Positions 39,385 to 49,939 of a stretch of DNA of 64,000 nt are shown piece by piece (position 1 is the first letter of the stretch; each line of letters begins with the position of its first letter). The position numbers were made by a program, and so were the translations under genes. The notes beneath the pieces were generated by a model, which had not been told where the DNA came from, ran no database searches, and saw only the letters and a list, made by a program, of their open reading frames with translations. Source of the stretch: an uncultured Gammaproteobacteria bacterium (GTDB lineage: Bacteria; Cyanobacteriota; Vampirovibrionia; LMEP-6097); NCBI GenBank assembly GCA_964551135.1, contig CAZKAT010000006.1, positions 1,822-65,821 of the forward strand, read 5' to 3'.

Positions 39385-41247
39385 TTAGTCCTCTAAATGA
39401 AACCTACAAGTACTCACTATAGTGTTCTTGCGGAATCTTAGTAAGGCTTTGAGCAATATGGCTGTTTGGTTGTGCAGGAAGTTATGCCAAAGCTTCTTAG
39501 TAACGAACTCAGGGACTATGATGGTAATCCAATGTGATTCAGGCATAGCGTTAAGTTCGTCGATATATTTTAGTAAAGGACCGGTAATAGACCTATATGG
39601 AGAAGGTAAAATTCTCAAAGGTACTTTGTCTTCATATTTATTCCAATCTTCTTGAAGTTTAGCTGTAGCTTGGGGATTGAGCTCTACATGAATAGCTTCA
39701 GCATCTCCTGACATGGTTTTAGCGTAAGCTAATGCTGAGAGTGTGACCTTACCCAAGTTAGAAACTAAAACTAAAACTTTATGCTTGCTAGGGACAGATA
39801 TATGAAAATCATCAGTGAGTTTAAGCTGTTTAACGATTGAATTATAGTGATCATTGATTCTGGTGAACAAGAAAACTAGAAGTGGAATTAAGAATAAAAC
39901 TACCCAAGCTCCAGAGTAGAATTTTTGTACTGCAATAACAAGGGTAACGATTAAAGTTACCGTTCCACCAAAGCCATTAATTAGAATTCCTCGCCAAGCA
40001 GTTTTAGCTTTAGTATTTAGATGATGAATTACCATGCCGAATTGGGATATAGTAAAGCAGATAAATACTCCGACTGCATATAGAGGAATTAATAAGTGAG
40101 TATCACCTTTATAAATCCATAATAAGAAGATGGACATTATTCCAAGGAATATTATTCCGTTGTTAAACACTAAACGATCTCCAATATTCATTAATTGACG
40201 CGGTAAGAATCCATCAATCGCAAGTAAATTTGCCATACGTGGAAACCCAGCAAACGCGGTATTAGCAGCAAGTATAAGTAGTGTCATGGTAACAAACTGA
40301 ATTAAAAAGTAGAGGAAAGTATTATCACCAAAAACCCTGGTAGCCACTTGAGACATAATAGTTTCATGTGGATTAGGAGTGACATTATAAATACTTGCAA
40401 GTAGAGTTATACCTAAGAAAATAATCGCAAGTAAAGTACCCATTATCATCATCACCATGGTAGCTTTCTTAACAGCATTTCCTTTGAAAGCATTTACACC
40501 ATTAGCTACCGCTTCAATACCAGTAAGACCAGCACAGCCATGTGAAAAGGCTCTAAGCATGATTGCCATAAAACCTAAATTAGCCAGAGAGAATTCTGGA
40601 TTAGAGAAAAAAGCATCATTCTTAGCAGCAACAAGATCAGTAAGATTAGCTGTCGCAAAAAACTTACTAAAACCATAAGCAAACAATATGAACATGCTTA
40701 CTATAAATAAATATGCTGGAAATGCAAATACTAAGCCAGATTCACGCAAACCACGTAGATTTACTAAAGTGATAATAATGGTAAAAATCACACAAAATGT
40801 TACTGTGTAATGATGTTTAATTAAACCAGTAGAAGTTAAAGCTGCGACACCAGCACTAATACTTACTACTACTGTGAGCAAATAATCTATTAATAGAGCT
40901 GCACCAGCAACCAAACTCATAGAACGTCCTAAATTTTCTTTGGCAACGATATAAGCACCACCCTCATCTTGATAGACTTTGATGATTTGGATGTAAGAGA
41001 TTACTACTATGCCTATCAAGCTTGCAATAGCAAGGGCTATAGGAAAAGAAAGTAAGCCTGTGTAACTGGCGTAAGCACCAGCAGCTAGTGCCAGGAAAAT
41101 TTCATCAGTAGCATAAGCGGTGGAAGATAAGGCATCCACTGCAAATACAGCGAGTCCTAATCCGACACCTAGTTTTTCATTAGATGCAAGCCTGCTAGGC
41201 AAGGGCTTACCGATAATAATATTTTTGACTAGTTCAAACAGGGGCAC
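39385..41247 (-). CDS. APC-superfamily permease, KimA/YdaO-like
   Basis: DALSSTAYA, GGAYIVAKENLG, LTGIEAVANG, LIPLYAVGVF and C-terminal SPYRS..LHNQT. Confidence 0.88.
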   Translation of the reverse strand: MPLFELVKNIIIGKPLPSRLASNEKLGVGLGLAVFAVDALSSTAYATDEIFLALAAGAYASYTGLLSFPIALAIASLIGIVVISYIQIIKVYQDEGGAYIVAKENLGRSMSLVAGAALLIDYLLTVVVSISAGVAALTSTGLIKHHYTVTFCVIFTIIITLVNLRGLRESGLVFAFPAYLFIVSMFILFAYGFSKFFATANLTDLVAAKNDAFFSNPEFSLANLGFMAIMLRAFSHGCAGLTGIEAVANGVNAFKGNAVKKATMVMMIMGTLLAIIFLGITLLASIYNVTPNPHETIMSQVATRVFGDNTFLYFLIQFVTMTLLILAANTAFAGFPRMANLLAIDGFLPRQLMNIGDRLVFNNGIIFLGIMSIFLLWIYKGDTHLLIPLYAVGVFICFTISQFGMVIHHLNTKAKTAWRGILINGFGGTVTLIVTLVIAVQKFYSGAWVVLFLIPLLVFLFTRINDHYNSIVKQLKLTDDFHISVPSKHKVLVLVSNLGKVTLSALAYAKTMSGDAEAIHVELNPQATAKLQEDWNKYEDKVPLRILPSPYRSITGPLLKYIDELNAMPESHWITIIVPEFVTKKLWHNFLHNQTAILLKALLRFRKNTIVSTCRFHLED

Positions 41248-41368
41248 GGACTTAACTATAATACTAGGTTTTTTTTGATTAAGCTAATTTAAAGATTTGA
41301 TTAAGTATTGCTAAATAGTAATTTAGATCAGAAATTTGATTATTCTACACTGTTACAATACATAGAGC

Positions 41369-41959
41369 ATGCATTTAAGAAATATAATTTTCGTTTTGGC
41401 TTTGGTATTAACTTTAGGTTCTTGCGTTATTAATAAGGAAGTTGCTAAGACTGACTCTGTTATACAACAATATGATACTTCTAGGCTTGCTCCCGGGCGC
41501 TTAGTTTATCAAGCGCCGGATAGCTGGGAGAAAATTTCTCCCACTAATGAGATGCGTTTAGATGAGTATGTAGTAGATGCTCCTACTAATACTGTGGCTT
41601 CAGTTTATTTCTTCGATGGCATGCGTGATGCTCTGGAAGCCAATCTACAACGTTGGAAGAGCCAATTCAAAGATGATGATACACGTAAACTAATACAGAA
41701 AAAACAATACAAGAGAAGAGATTTAGCTCTAACTATTTATCATATTACAGGTACCTACCTAGAGAAACTTGACCCAATGAATCCCGAATCCGCAATTCAA
41801 GAAATTAAGGATTATGCTTTACTTGCAGCAGTAGTAGAAATGAAAAAAGGCACTTGGTTCTTTAAGGTACTTGGTCCAGAAAGCACTGTAGCAGCTAATC
41901 GTAGTAGTTTTGATGAGCTGGTTGATAGTTTTGATCACGTCAAGAAAGTAAAAGCTTAG
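41369..41959 (+). CDS. Hypothetical lipoprotein
   Basis: Lipobox LGSC; ANLQRWKSQF and WFFKVLGP. Confidence 0.75.
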   Translation: MHLRNIIFVLALVLTLGSCVINKEVAKTDSVIQQYDTSRLAPGRLVYQAPDSWEKISPTNEMRLDEYVVDAPTNTVASVYFFDGMRDALEANLQRWKSQFKDDDTRKLIQKKQYKRRDLALTIYHITGTYLEKLDPMNPESAIQEIKDYALLAAVVEMKKGTWFFKVLGPESTVAANRSSFDELVDSFDHVKKVKA

Positions 41960-41965
41960 GAACTT

Positions 41966-42069
41966 CGTCATCCTGAGGAGGAGCCGAAGGCGACGACGTA
42001 AGGATCCACTATTATTACTATTGTTTAGTGGATCCTTACGGTCGGGCTACGCCCTCCCTCAGGATGACG
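41966..42069. repeat. REP-like palindromic element copy 2
   Basis: Reverse-orientation homologue of 27661-27789 lacking the nested insert. Confidence 0.88.
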
Positions 42070-42103
42070 AATTTTGACTATCTAGTGCTATCATAGTCTC
42101 TAT

Positions 42104-43462
42104 ATGCTTCTCACTATACTTTCTTCATTAACAGTAGTCTTATTAATCATAATCGCTGCCCTGGTTTTGAGCAGAATCTCAGTTCTTAATAAAAGAATAG
42201 AAGAACTTGAGAAGAAACATAGCACTGATATCAGCGTTATTCTAACTAAACATGATGGTATTAGTTCTGGTCAGGAGCGGGGCGAGCGTAGTTTTCGTGA
42301 TGAGATAGCGAAGAATCGTGAAGAACTTACAGTTTCACTGAAAAATACTACAGAGTCTATTGCTACTAATATGCGCGATGTTTCTAAACTACAGAACGAA
42401 CAGTTAAATGCGTTTTCAATGCGTCTAAAAGAAGTTGGTGAAGCTACTTATAAACAATTACAGTCTCTTAATGAAGCGAGTCGTCACGATCTAACACAAA
42501 TGCGCCAGACTATAGAAACTAATCTTAAAACTTTACAAGAAGATAACGCTAAGAAGTTAGAAGAGATGCGAGTTACTGTTGATGAGAAGTTACAGTCGAC
42601 ACTTGAAAATCGCCTCACTGCTGCATTTAAAAAAGTAGATGATCGTCTAGAACAAGTACATAAGGGTTTAGGGGAAATGCAAAATCTTGCTATTGGTGTA
42701 GGTGATTTGAAGAAGGTTATGACCAATGTTAAGAGTCGTGGTACTTGGGGTGAAATACAGTTGGGAAGCTTACTTGAGCAAATACTGACTGCTGAGCAAT
42801 ATGAAGCGAATGTACAAGTTAAACCCAAAACTCAAAGTCGCGTAGACTTTGCAATCAAGCTACCTGGTGAGAATAGTAGTGCGCCAGTGTGGTTGCCGCT
42901 AGATTCTAAGTTCCCTTTGGAGGATTATCAACGTTTAGTGGAAGCACAAGAAGCTGCTAATCCTGAGCTTGCTGAGCAGGCGATGAAACAACTTGAGACT
43001 CAAATTAAAAATCAAGCTAAATCTATTCGTGATAAATATATCGAGCCGCCGTTTACTACTGACTTTGCCTTGATGTTCTTACCTACTGAAGGTTTGTATG
43101 CAGAAGTGATTCGAAGACCGGGTCTAGTTGATAGGATTCAAAATGAATCTCGTGTCAATGTTGTTGGTCCTACTACACTAGCAGCTTTGCTCAATGCACT
43201 ACAGATGGGTTTCCGTACTCTTACTATTCAGAAGCGTTCTAGTGAAGTTTGGGCTTATCTAGCTGATTTAAAGAAAACTTTTGGTGATTTTGGTGGATTG
43301 CTTACTAAGGCTCATGATCGTATTAAGCAAGCTGAAGATGAGATAGTCAAAGCTGGTAGCCGTTCACGCACTATAGAAAATAAGTTGAAAAAATTTGAAG
43401 ACTTACCCGGTACTACTATTGCTCCTACCGAGGCTTTAATTGAACAAATTGTGAATAATTAA
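42104..43462 (+). CDS. rmuC: DNA recombination protein RmuC
   Basis: N-terminal TM, coiled coil, KSRGTWGEIQL, LDSKFPLEDY and MFLPTEGLYAE. Confidence 0.95.
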   Translation: MLLTILSSLTVVLLIIIAALVLSRISVLNKRIEELEKKHSTDISVILTKHDGISSGQERGERSFRDEIAKNREELTVSLKNTTESIATNMRDVSKLQNEQLNAFSMRLKEVGEATYKQLQSLNEASRHDLTQMRQTIETNLKTLQEDNAKKLEEMRVTVDEKLQSTLENRLTAAFKKVDDRLEQVHKGLGEMQNLAIGVGDLKKVMTNVKSRGTWGEIQLGSLLEQILTAEQYEANVQVKPKTQSRVDFAIKLPGENSSAPVWLPLDSKFPLEDYQRLVEAQEAANPELAEQAMKQLETQIKNQAKSIRDKYIEPPFTTDFALMFLPTEGLYAEVIRRPGLVDRIQNESRVNVVGPTTLAALLNALQMGFRTLTIQKRSSEVWAYLADLKKTFGDFGGLLTKAHDRIKQAEDEIVKAGSRSRTIENKLKKFEDLPGTTIAPTEALIEQIVNN

Positions 43463-43573
43463 TTCCTAATAATGGCTATATAACTAGATTTCTAGGAATT
43501 TCTAAAAGAAATTCAAGATAAGTATTGACAAGCTATTGTTAAATAAGATAATATATTACTTGGAGAATATATT

Positions 43574-43915
43574 ATGATAATATCTAATACAGTTAGAAAC
43601 TTAGCTTTAGGAGCAATTGCAGCAACAGGATTAGCCGCTGGCACTGCTGGTTGTACTACAACAAGTGGAAACCTCTCTGATTTTGGTCATACCACTGGTG
43701 CTACAAAGCAAGCTGAAGTGGCAATAAATGCGATAAATGCAGACAGAATCGCTAAGGGGAAGTTACATATTCCTGAGACTGCTGTGAGAATTGATCCTAA
43801 ATCTACTCCTTCATCAGAAACTAGTTCACCTGCACTACCTCCTTCTTTAGCTGAGAAAGAAGCTCCAACTGCTCCTACTAGAATAGCTGCAGATGCTATA
43901 CCAGCAAGATACTAA
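43574..43915 (+). CDS. Small hypothetical protein (possible lipoprotein)
   Basis: GGAG RBS, upstream TTGACA at 43525, hydrophobic segment ending TAGC and a P/S/T-rich tail. Confidence 0.6.
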   Translation: MIISNTVRNLALGAIAATGLAAGTAGCTTTSGNLSDFGHTTGATKQAEVAINAINADRIAKGKLHIPETAVRIDPKSTPSSETSSPALPPSLAEKEAPTAPTRIAADAIPARY

Positions 43916-43918
43916 ATT

Positions 43919-44881
43919 CTAACTATTTACTAATACTCGTAATGCTCTCTCTAAGGGCATTTTACCGGTTTTAACTTTACGTTCTATATTAAGAGTTTGC
44001 CCTAGTAACTTCTCCAATCTTGCTGTATTCATGCGCGCGCATTCTTGACGCTGGAAGTGTAAGCGTCCAGGAGAGATACCAAGCAATTTTGCTTGCTGGT
44101 CAGCGCTGTAACGCTCAGTCTCAGAGAGTTTGAACTTAAGATGCCTAGATAGCATAGTCTCCATTAAAGCAACTAAACCCAGATGCGCTTCTTTATTACT
44201 TATGATCTTCTCTAATTCAGTGTTTGCCTTATGAATATTGCCCCAAGCTAGTTCATTGATAAATTTAAAACTATCATGACGGCTGCGGCACTCTTCGTTA
44301 ATAAGTTCTATAGTTATGGCTTTGCCAAGGGTGCTCAGGCGCTTAAGTTCAGAGTAAAGTTTGGAACTATCCTCAGTGCCGATATATTCTACGAAGTGTT
44401 CCGCTTCTACCCCTCTAATAATAGGAATGTTCTTGTCGTCTCCTAGTATCTCTTTATGCATCTCGCTCACCCAGCTAGCTGCAACTTTAATATCCCAAGG
44501 ACTAAATTCTTTAAACTCTTCAAACACAATGCTTGGTAACTTAGTTTTAAGCTGTTTCACTAACTTGATAGTGCCGTTAACTTTCTCTGAATCAAATATC
44601 ACCATGACGTTATTAGGAGTCTGTGACAGGGTTTGAATGATAGCTTCTACTTCGCTATCTTCAGATTTATTCTCCAGAAATTTAAAATTTTTGATATGAA
44701 TTATTTTAGTGCTACTGCCCCAAGCTGGGGTTTGTACTAAATTAATTAAGTCTATTAATGCTGGATTGCTTGCTTGATTGAAGTTAAAGCCTTCCATGCC
44801 AGGCTCTAAATGCTTCTCCTTAAGTAGATTAAACTTAAGCTGCTTGCGAAAACTATCCTTGCCGTGAAGAATGAAGTGCAT
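43919..44881 (-). CDS. holA: DNA polymerase III delta subunit
   Basis: Size and motifs: FILHGKDSF, FNFNQ..TPAWG, SELKRL and KVKTG. Confidence 0.75.
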   Translation of the reverse strand: MHFILHGKDSFRKQLKFNLLKEKHLEPGMEGFNFNQASNPALIDLINLVQTPAWGSSTKIIHIKNFKFLENKSEDSEVEAIIQTLSQTPNNVMVIFDSEKVNGTIKLVKQLKTKLPSIVFEEFKEFSPWDIKVAASWVSEMHKEILGDDKNIPIIRGVEAEHFVEYIGTEDSSKLYSELKRLSTLGKAITIELINEECRSRHDSFKFINELAWGNIHKANTELEKIISNKEAHLGLVALMETMLSRHLKFKLSETERYSADQQAKLLGISPGRLHFQRQECARMNTARLEKLLGQTLNIERKVKTGKMPLERALRVLVNS

Positions 44882-44917
44882 TAGGGTTAATTATAAGCGA
44901 ATAGAGCTTAGTAAAAG

Positions 44918-45346
44918 TTAAGCAGCTTCTATAAGAGCTTTTTGTAATGAACGGTTACTAGCTGTTAAATGAGATTTAATATGCTTATTGAGTGCATTTG
45001 CTAGTTCATCTAGAGATTCTTCTCTATCTTTAGGATTAATAATGGGTAATTCATAAGCTTCTTGGACTCTATGTCGATCATATATTATGAGTGTAGGCTT
45101 AGCAGGGTTGCTATTAGTTGATATAGGTTTGATTATTTGAAAATCTAAGGTTTTATCCCAATCAATTTTATATTCGAATATTCTATGACCAGATTTTGTT
45201 TCAAGTAGATAATCAAAAACTCTAGAAACCAATTTGTCAAATTCACTAGGTTTTTGAGGCTTTGCCTTGGATTGAGTTCCTTCAGTTCTAAAAAAGTCTT
45301 TGACATCAGAAAGTTCAAATGGAATAGAAGCTATTTCGCTAAACAT
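44918..45346 (-). CDS. Hypothetical protein
   Basis: ORF; ATG at 45346 is preferred to TTG 45385. Confidence 0.55.
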   Translation of the reverse strand: MFSEIASIPFELSDVKDFFRTEGTQSKAKPQKPSEFDKLVSRVFDYLLETKSGHRIFEYKIDWDKTLDFQIIKPISTNSNPAKPTLIIYDRHRVQEAYELPIINPKDREESLDELANALNKHIKSHLTASNRSLQKALIEAA

Positions 45347-45434
45347 AATATGAATAAATTTGACAGATTTGGCACTTAAAGTCAATAATTAAATGGCGAT
45401 TTACGTATTTATTAATAATTAATTCGATAAAAAT

Positions 45435-45833
45435 TCAGATTGCATTCTTAGTGGAATTTTCATCACAAGGTCTGATTGCAAAGTTGTCAAAGAGATTTCC
45501 AAAGTAAGTTCTAATTTGAGTATTAGTTTTTAAAATACCTTTGCCAAGCATTTCTATATAAGCATCTAGTTGATTTACAAGTTCTGACTTTTTCATGGAT
45601 GGAGCTTGTTTTGTTAGGGCTGCTAACTCTGCATGCATAAATTCTAAAAAAGTTAAACCAAAAGCTTCGTGCCTCAATCCTTCGAGGTATTCGGCAACGT
45701 TATCTTCATTCATGCCAGGAGCTGTAGTCGTCATAGTTGCAGGAAGACGATTAATCCAATCGCCATAACTACCTATTTGTTTCAAGTCTTTACGAACAAA
45801 TTCTTGTAAACCAATATTTCCTAGCGAAGTCAT
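45435..45833 (-). CDS. Hypothetical protein
   Basis: ATG at 45833 lies 8 nt after TGCTATTAT. Confidence 0.6.
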   Translation of the reverse strand: MTSLGNIGLQEFVRKDLKQIGSYGDWINRLPATMTTTAPGMNEDNVAEYLEGLRHEAFGLTFLEFMHAELAALTKQAPSMKKSELVNQLDAYIEMLGKGILKTNTQIRTYFGNLFDNFAIRPCDENSTKNAI

Positions 45834-45906
45834 GAGTATAGATAATAGCAAGCTTTTAGAATAAAGTCAAGACCTATTTCTTTTCTGCATATCGTATCTC
45901 AAAAAT

Positions 45907-46383
45907 CTAGTAACTCTTCAAAAACTTCGGTACACGTCCAAAACCATTACTAGGTGCGGCTTCTTGGCTTTGTGCTTGTTTAATTTGAACTTTTTTCATT
46001 TCTACTATGCCAACTGTCTCTTTAGCGATACTAACTTGTGCTTCGGCGACTGCAACATAGGCACTTTTGCGCATATCCTTAGTGGGATTAAGCTTTTGAA
46101 GTATTGTTGGTGTGCGAACTCTATTGGGAACTGGATTAGAGTTCTGGATTGAGTTATTGACGATGGCATTGTTTATTTCTTCTATTTTCTTTGATTTGTT
46201 CATAAATAATTGCTCCACTTCTTCCCCACGTTCATGTTTTAAAAGTATCGATTCTGCTATATCTTGCAGGCTTGGTTTAAAATTGCTCGAGTTTGTTACA
46301 CAGGCTTCACGTCTATAGATTTTGCCTGATATTCTTGAATTTACTAGTTCTTTAATAGATTTACCCTTATGCGTTGTTGTCAT
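45907..46383 (-). CDS. Hypothetical basic protein
   Basis: 158-aa ORF with GGGAG RBS. Confidence 0.6.
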   Translation of the reverse strand: MTTTHKGKSIKELVNSRISGKIYRREACVTNSSNFKPSLQDIAESILLKHERGEEVEQLFMNKSKKIEEINNAIVNNSIQNSNPVPNRVRTPTILQKLNPTKDMRKSAYVAVAEAQVSIAKETVGIVEMKKVQIKQAQSQEAAPSNGFGRVPKFLKSY

Positions 46384-46523
46384 TGAACTTTTGGCTCCCT
46401 TGCTGAGCTTATTTAACAGTATTTAGATTAATGCTAGGTTAAGACCTAAGTTAAATATGATTAATAAGCTTTTGAACTTTAATCTTTTTTTCAGTAAATA
46501 CTAACAATATAGATTATTGGCTT

Positions 46524-46631
46524 TGCTATTATTGACAGTCGCGTCTAATAAGCAGGGCACCAAACCTTGCTCGGATGCAATCTAAGCTACCTAATATTAG
46601 GTCGCTGAAAACCCAAGCAAAGGATAAAAAA
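46524..46631 (+). promoter_or_regulatory. Promoter and structured leader of the rplB operon
   Basis: TGCTATTAT at 46524; hairpins AGCAGGG/CCTTGCT (46551-46571) and AGCTACCTAATATTAGGTCGCT (46585-46606); AAGGA RBS. Confidence 0.5.
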
Positions 46632-47477
46632 ATGGCCCTCAAGAAACGTAAACCTACTACTCCAGGTTCTCGCGGAACAATTCTGTTAGACCGTAGCGAT
46701 GTAACTACATCTACTCCTGAAAGAACTTTAATTAAGAAACTGAAGAAAGATACCGGCAGAAACAGTTCTGGTCGGATTACTTGTCGTCATAAGGGCGGCG
46801 GTAATAAGAAGAAGTACCGTATGGTGGACTTCAAGCGCAATAAGCATGGCATCAAGGCTAAAGTTAAGTCGATAGAATACGATCCTAACCGTAACGTTCA
46901 CATTGCTTTACTTGTATATGATGATGGTGAGAAAAGATACATTCTTTGTCCTAAGGATTTAGTAATTGGTGCAGTCGTAGAATCAGGACCAGAAGCAGAT
47001 ATCAAGCCTGGTAACGCACTTTCACTGAACGATATACCTCTCGGTACTATGGTTCACAACATTGAGATGGTGCCTGGTAAGGGTGCACAAATGGTGAGAT
47101 CAGCTGGTAACTCAGCTCAGTTCTTAGCAAGAGAAAACAATTTAGCGACACTAAGATTACCGTCTGGTGAGATGCGTAGAGTTCCTTCTGATTGTATGGC
47201 TACTATCGGTGAGCTTGGTAATTCAGATTGGAAGAACATTGTTTGGGGTAAAGCTGGTCGCAAGAGATATCTAGGTGTTAGACCTACAGTTCGTGGTTCA
47301 GTTATGAACCCTGTAGATCACCCTCACGGTGGTGGAGAAGGTAAGTGTCCTATCGGTGGTATTCCTAAATCACCTTGGGGTAAACGTCTCGGTAAGAAGA
47401 CACGTACGCCTAAGAAACAATCAGGAAAACTAATTATCACTAACCGTAAAGGTAAGAAGATTGGAGCGACAGTCTAA
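46632..47477 (+). CDS. rplB: 50S ribosomal protein L2
   Basis: EYDPNR, RLPSGE and [13 protein letters not shown]; start at ATG 46632. Confidence 0.98.
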   Translation: MALKKRKPTTPGSRGTILLDRSDVTTSTPERTLIKKLKKDTGRNSSGRITCRHKGGGNKKKYRMVDFKRNKHGIKAKVKSIEYDPNRNVHIALLVYDDGEKRYILCPKDLVIGAVVESGPEADIKPGNALSLNDIPLGTMVHNIEMVPGKGAQMVRSAGNSAQFLARENNLATLRLPSGEMRRVPSDCMATIGELGNSDWKNIVWGKAGRKRYLGVRPTVRGSVMNPVDHPHGGGEGKCPIGGIPKSPWGKRLGKKTRTPKKQSGKLIITNRKGKKIGATV

Positions 47478-47496
47478 GTTATAAGGAAAATAAAGC

Positions 47497-47784
47497 ATGG
47501 CAAGATCACAAAAAAAAGGACCCTACGTACACGAATCTCTTTGGAAGAAGGTTAAAGAATTACGTGAGAAAAACGAGAAGAAAGTTTTGAAAACTTACAA
47601 ACGTGCTTCAATGATTCTGCCTGAGATGGTTGGTATGACTATTGCGGTTCATAATGGTCGTAAGTTTATTCCTGTATACTGCACAGAGTCTATGGTTGGT
47701 CATAGATTGGGTGAGTTTAGTTTAACTAGAACTTTTAAGGGACATGCTGGTTCTAAGAAAGCTGGTGCTCCAGGAGCTGCTTAA
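47497..47784 (+). CDS. rpsS: 30S ribosomal protein S19
   Basis: KKGPY, VHNGRKF and MVGHRLGEF. Confidence 0.98.
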   Translation: MARSQKKGPYVHESLWKKVKELREKNEKKVLKTYKRASMILPEMVGMTIAVHNGRKFIPVYCTESMVGHRLGEFSLTRTFKGHAGSKKAGAPGAA

Positions 47785-47809
47785 GTAAGTAAACAAAAGA
47801 GAGAAAATT

Positions 47810-48262
47810 ATGTCTGAGAAAACAAAAGAAGAGAATAAAACTGAAGTCAAGCTATCTAAGGCTAGAATTGGCTTTATGAGACATACTGCTCGTAAAGTGC
47901 GTCGTACAGTGGATCTTATTCGTGCGATGACAGCTGGTGAAGCGGTTACTCAATTAAAATTTCTTCCATACAAAGCATCAGATCCAGTTAGAAAGCTGAT
48001 TGAGAGTGCTATGGCTAATGCTAGTCATAACCTTGGAGTAGAGAAACCTGAAGATATGAAGATCTCTCAAATCCTTGTTGATGACGGTGTTACATACAAG
48101 AGATGGAGAGCTGCTAATAAGGGAAGAGCGCACAGTATCATGAAGAGAACAGCGCAAGTAAGAGTAGTTTTAAGTCATATGAATGCTGCTGAATATGCCC
48201 AGTATGTTTGGGATACTTCTAAGCGTAATAGAAAGAATAGGAAGGTTGAAGCTGCAGCATAA
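47810..48262 (+). CDS. rplV: 50S ribosomal protein L22
   Basis: TARKVRRTVDLIR, SAMANA and KGRAHSIMKRT; operon position. Confidence 0.96.
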   Translation: MSEKTKEENKTEVKLSKARIGFMRHTARKVRRTVDLIRAMTAGEAVTQLKFLPYKASDPVRKLIESAMANASHNLGVEKPEDMKISQILVDDGVTYKRWRAANKGRAHSIMKRTAQVRVVLSHMNAAEYAQYVWDTSKRNRKNRKVEAAA

Positions 48263-48288
48263 GCTCAGTGATTAGGACAGAATAAATT

Positions 48289-49008
48289 ATGGGACAGAAA
48301 ATATCTCCAAAAGCAAATAGATTAGGTGTAACAGAAGTTGCAGATTCAACAACTTTCGCTGAATTCAGAAGCGGTGAGTTCGCTGGCATTCTTCAGGAAG
48401 ATACTGCTATCAGAACTTACGTTAGAAAGAAACTTAAGAACGCTGGTGTTAGCAAAGTTCTTATTCAACGTAAGCCAGGACAAATCCAAGTAGGTATAGT
48501 GACTGCTAGACCAGGCTTGGTGTTTGGTAAAGCTGGTGAAGGTTTGGAATTGATTAAACGTGAACTTGGAGTTTTAGCTAATAACGAACTTAATTTAGTA
48601 GTTAATGTTTTTGAAGTTAACAAAGTAGATTTAGATGCACAATTGATTGCAGAATCTATTGCACAGCAATTAGAGAGAAGGATTGCTTTCAGACGTGCAA
48701 CTAAGCAAGCTATCCAAAGAGGAATGCGTGCAGGAGCTAAAGGTATTAAGATCATGGTTTCTGGAAGACTTTCTGGTATTGAGATTGCGCGTAGTGAGAA
48801 AGCTCAAGAAGGTAGTGTTCCATGTCACACATGGAGAGCTGATATTCATTATGGTACTGCTGAAGCTCTTACTACTTACGGAATTATCGGTGTCAAAGTA
48901 TGGCTTAACAAAGGTTTACTCAAACCAGGTGAGAAATCAAGAATGAACATCAAAGCTGCTGCTGGACAGTCATCTAATAACGAGGAGAGTGCTGCAGTGG
49001 CGGCGTAG
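48289..49008 (+). CDS. rpsC: 30S ribosomal protein S3
   Basis: [17 protein letters not shown] and YGIIGVKVW. Confidence 0.98.
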   Translation: MGQKISPKANRLGVTEVADSTTFAEFRSGEFAGILQEDTAIRTYVRKKLKNAGVSKVLIQRKPGQIQVGIVTARPGLVFGKAGEGLELIKRELGVLANNELNLVVNVFEVNKVDLDAQLIAESIAQQLERRIAFRRATKQAIQRGMRAGAKGIKIMVSGRLSGIEIARSEKAQEGSVPCHTWRADIHYGTAEALTTYGIIGVKVWLNKGLLKPGEKSRMNIKAAAGQSSNNEESAAVAA

Positions 49009-49019
49009 AAGGGAATATT

Positions 49020-49457
49020 ATGCTTTTACCTAAGAGAACAAAACATAGAAAACAAATGCGCGGCAGAATGAAGGGTAAAGAAACCCGTGGCGCTCAGATT
49101 AGCTTTGGCGATATCGCTCTTCAAGCTACTGAACCTGGATGGATTAACTCTAGACAGATAGAAGCTGCTCGTCGTGCGATGACTCGTCACATTAAGCGTG
49201 GTGGTCAGATCTGGATTAGAATTTTCCCTGATAAACCTGTTACTCAGAAGCCTGCTGAAACGCGAATGGGCGCTGGTAAGGGTAACCCAGAGTATTGGGT
49301 AGCTGTAGTTAGACCAGGAAGAATGATTTTTGAAATAGCGGGTATTGATTTAGCTATAGCTCGTAAGGCGCTTGTGCTTGCAGCAGCTAAGTTTCCTGTT
49401 AAGTGTAAGGTTGTTCTTAGAGAGGGAGTTGTAGAGACTAAGGCGGTCGCAAAATAA
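49020..49457 (+). CDS. rplP: 50S ribosomal protein L16
   Basis: [11 protein letters not shown] and [17 protein letters not shown]. Confidence 0.98.
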   Translation: MLLPKRTKHRKQMRGRMKGKETRGAQISFGDIALQATEPGWINSRQIEAARRAMTRHIKRGGQIWIRIFPDKPVTQKPAETRMGAGKGNPEYWVAVVRPGRMIFEIAGIDLAIARKALVLAAAKFPVKCKVVLREGVVETKAVAK

Positions 49458-49469
49458 CTAGGTGTTGAT

Positions 49470-49676
49470 ATGATTTTAAAAGCAAAAGATATAAGAGATA
49501 AAACCAAAGCTGAGCTTCAAGAAGAGCAAGCTAAGTTACGTAAGGAACTGTTTGAGGCGAAGATGTCTTTTCATTCTCGTAAGCTTGAGAACACTTCATT
49601 AATCAGACACTTGAAGAGATCATTAGCAAGAATTGCAACTATATTAACGGAGAAAGAAGAAGGACAAGAAGGATAG
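49470..49676 (+). CDS. rpmC: 50S ribosomal protein L29
   Basis: Operon position; [16 protein letters not shown]. Confidence 0.93.
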   Translation: MILKAKDIRDKTKAELQEEQAKLRKELFEAKMSFHSRKLENTSLIRHLKRSLARIATILTEKEEGQEG

Positions 49677-49680
49677 AACT

Positions 49681-49926
49681 ATGCCGAAGAGAACATTAAG
49701 AGGACAGGTAAGAAGTGATAAGGCGGATAAGACGATTTCCGTAGCTGTTGAGCGTACTAAGAAGCACGAAGTTTACCAAAAAGTTATCAATTTCACGAAG
49801 AAGTTTCTAGCTCATGATGAAAATAACGAAGCTAAAGAGGGTGATACCGTAATCATCGAAGAATCTAGACCTTACTCTAAACGTAAGACTTGGATTCTCA
49901 AGGAAATAGTAGAAAGGGCAGTCTAG
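49681..49926 (+). CDS. rpsQ: 30S ribosomal protein S17
   Basis: [14 protein letters not shown] and ESRPYSKRK. Confidence 0.97.
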   Translation: MPKRTLRGQVRSDKADKTISVAVERTKKHEVYQKVINFTKKFLAHDENNEAKEGDTVIIEESRPYSKRKTWILKEIVERAV

Positions 49927-49939
49927 GAAAGGAAATAAC

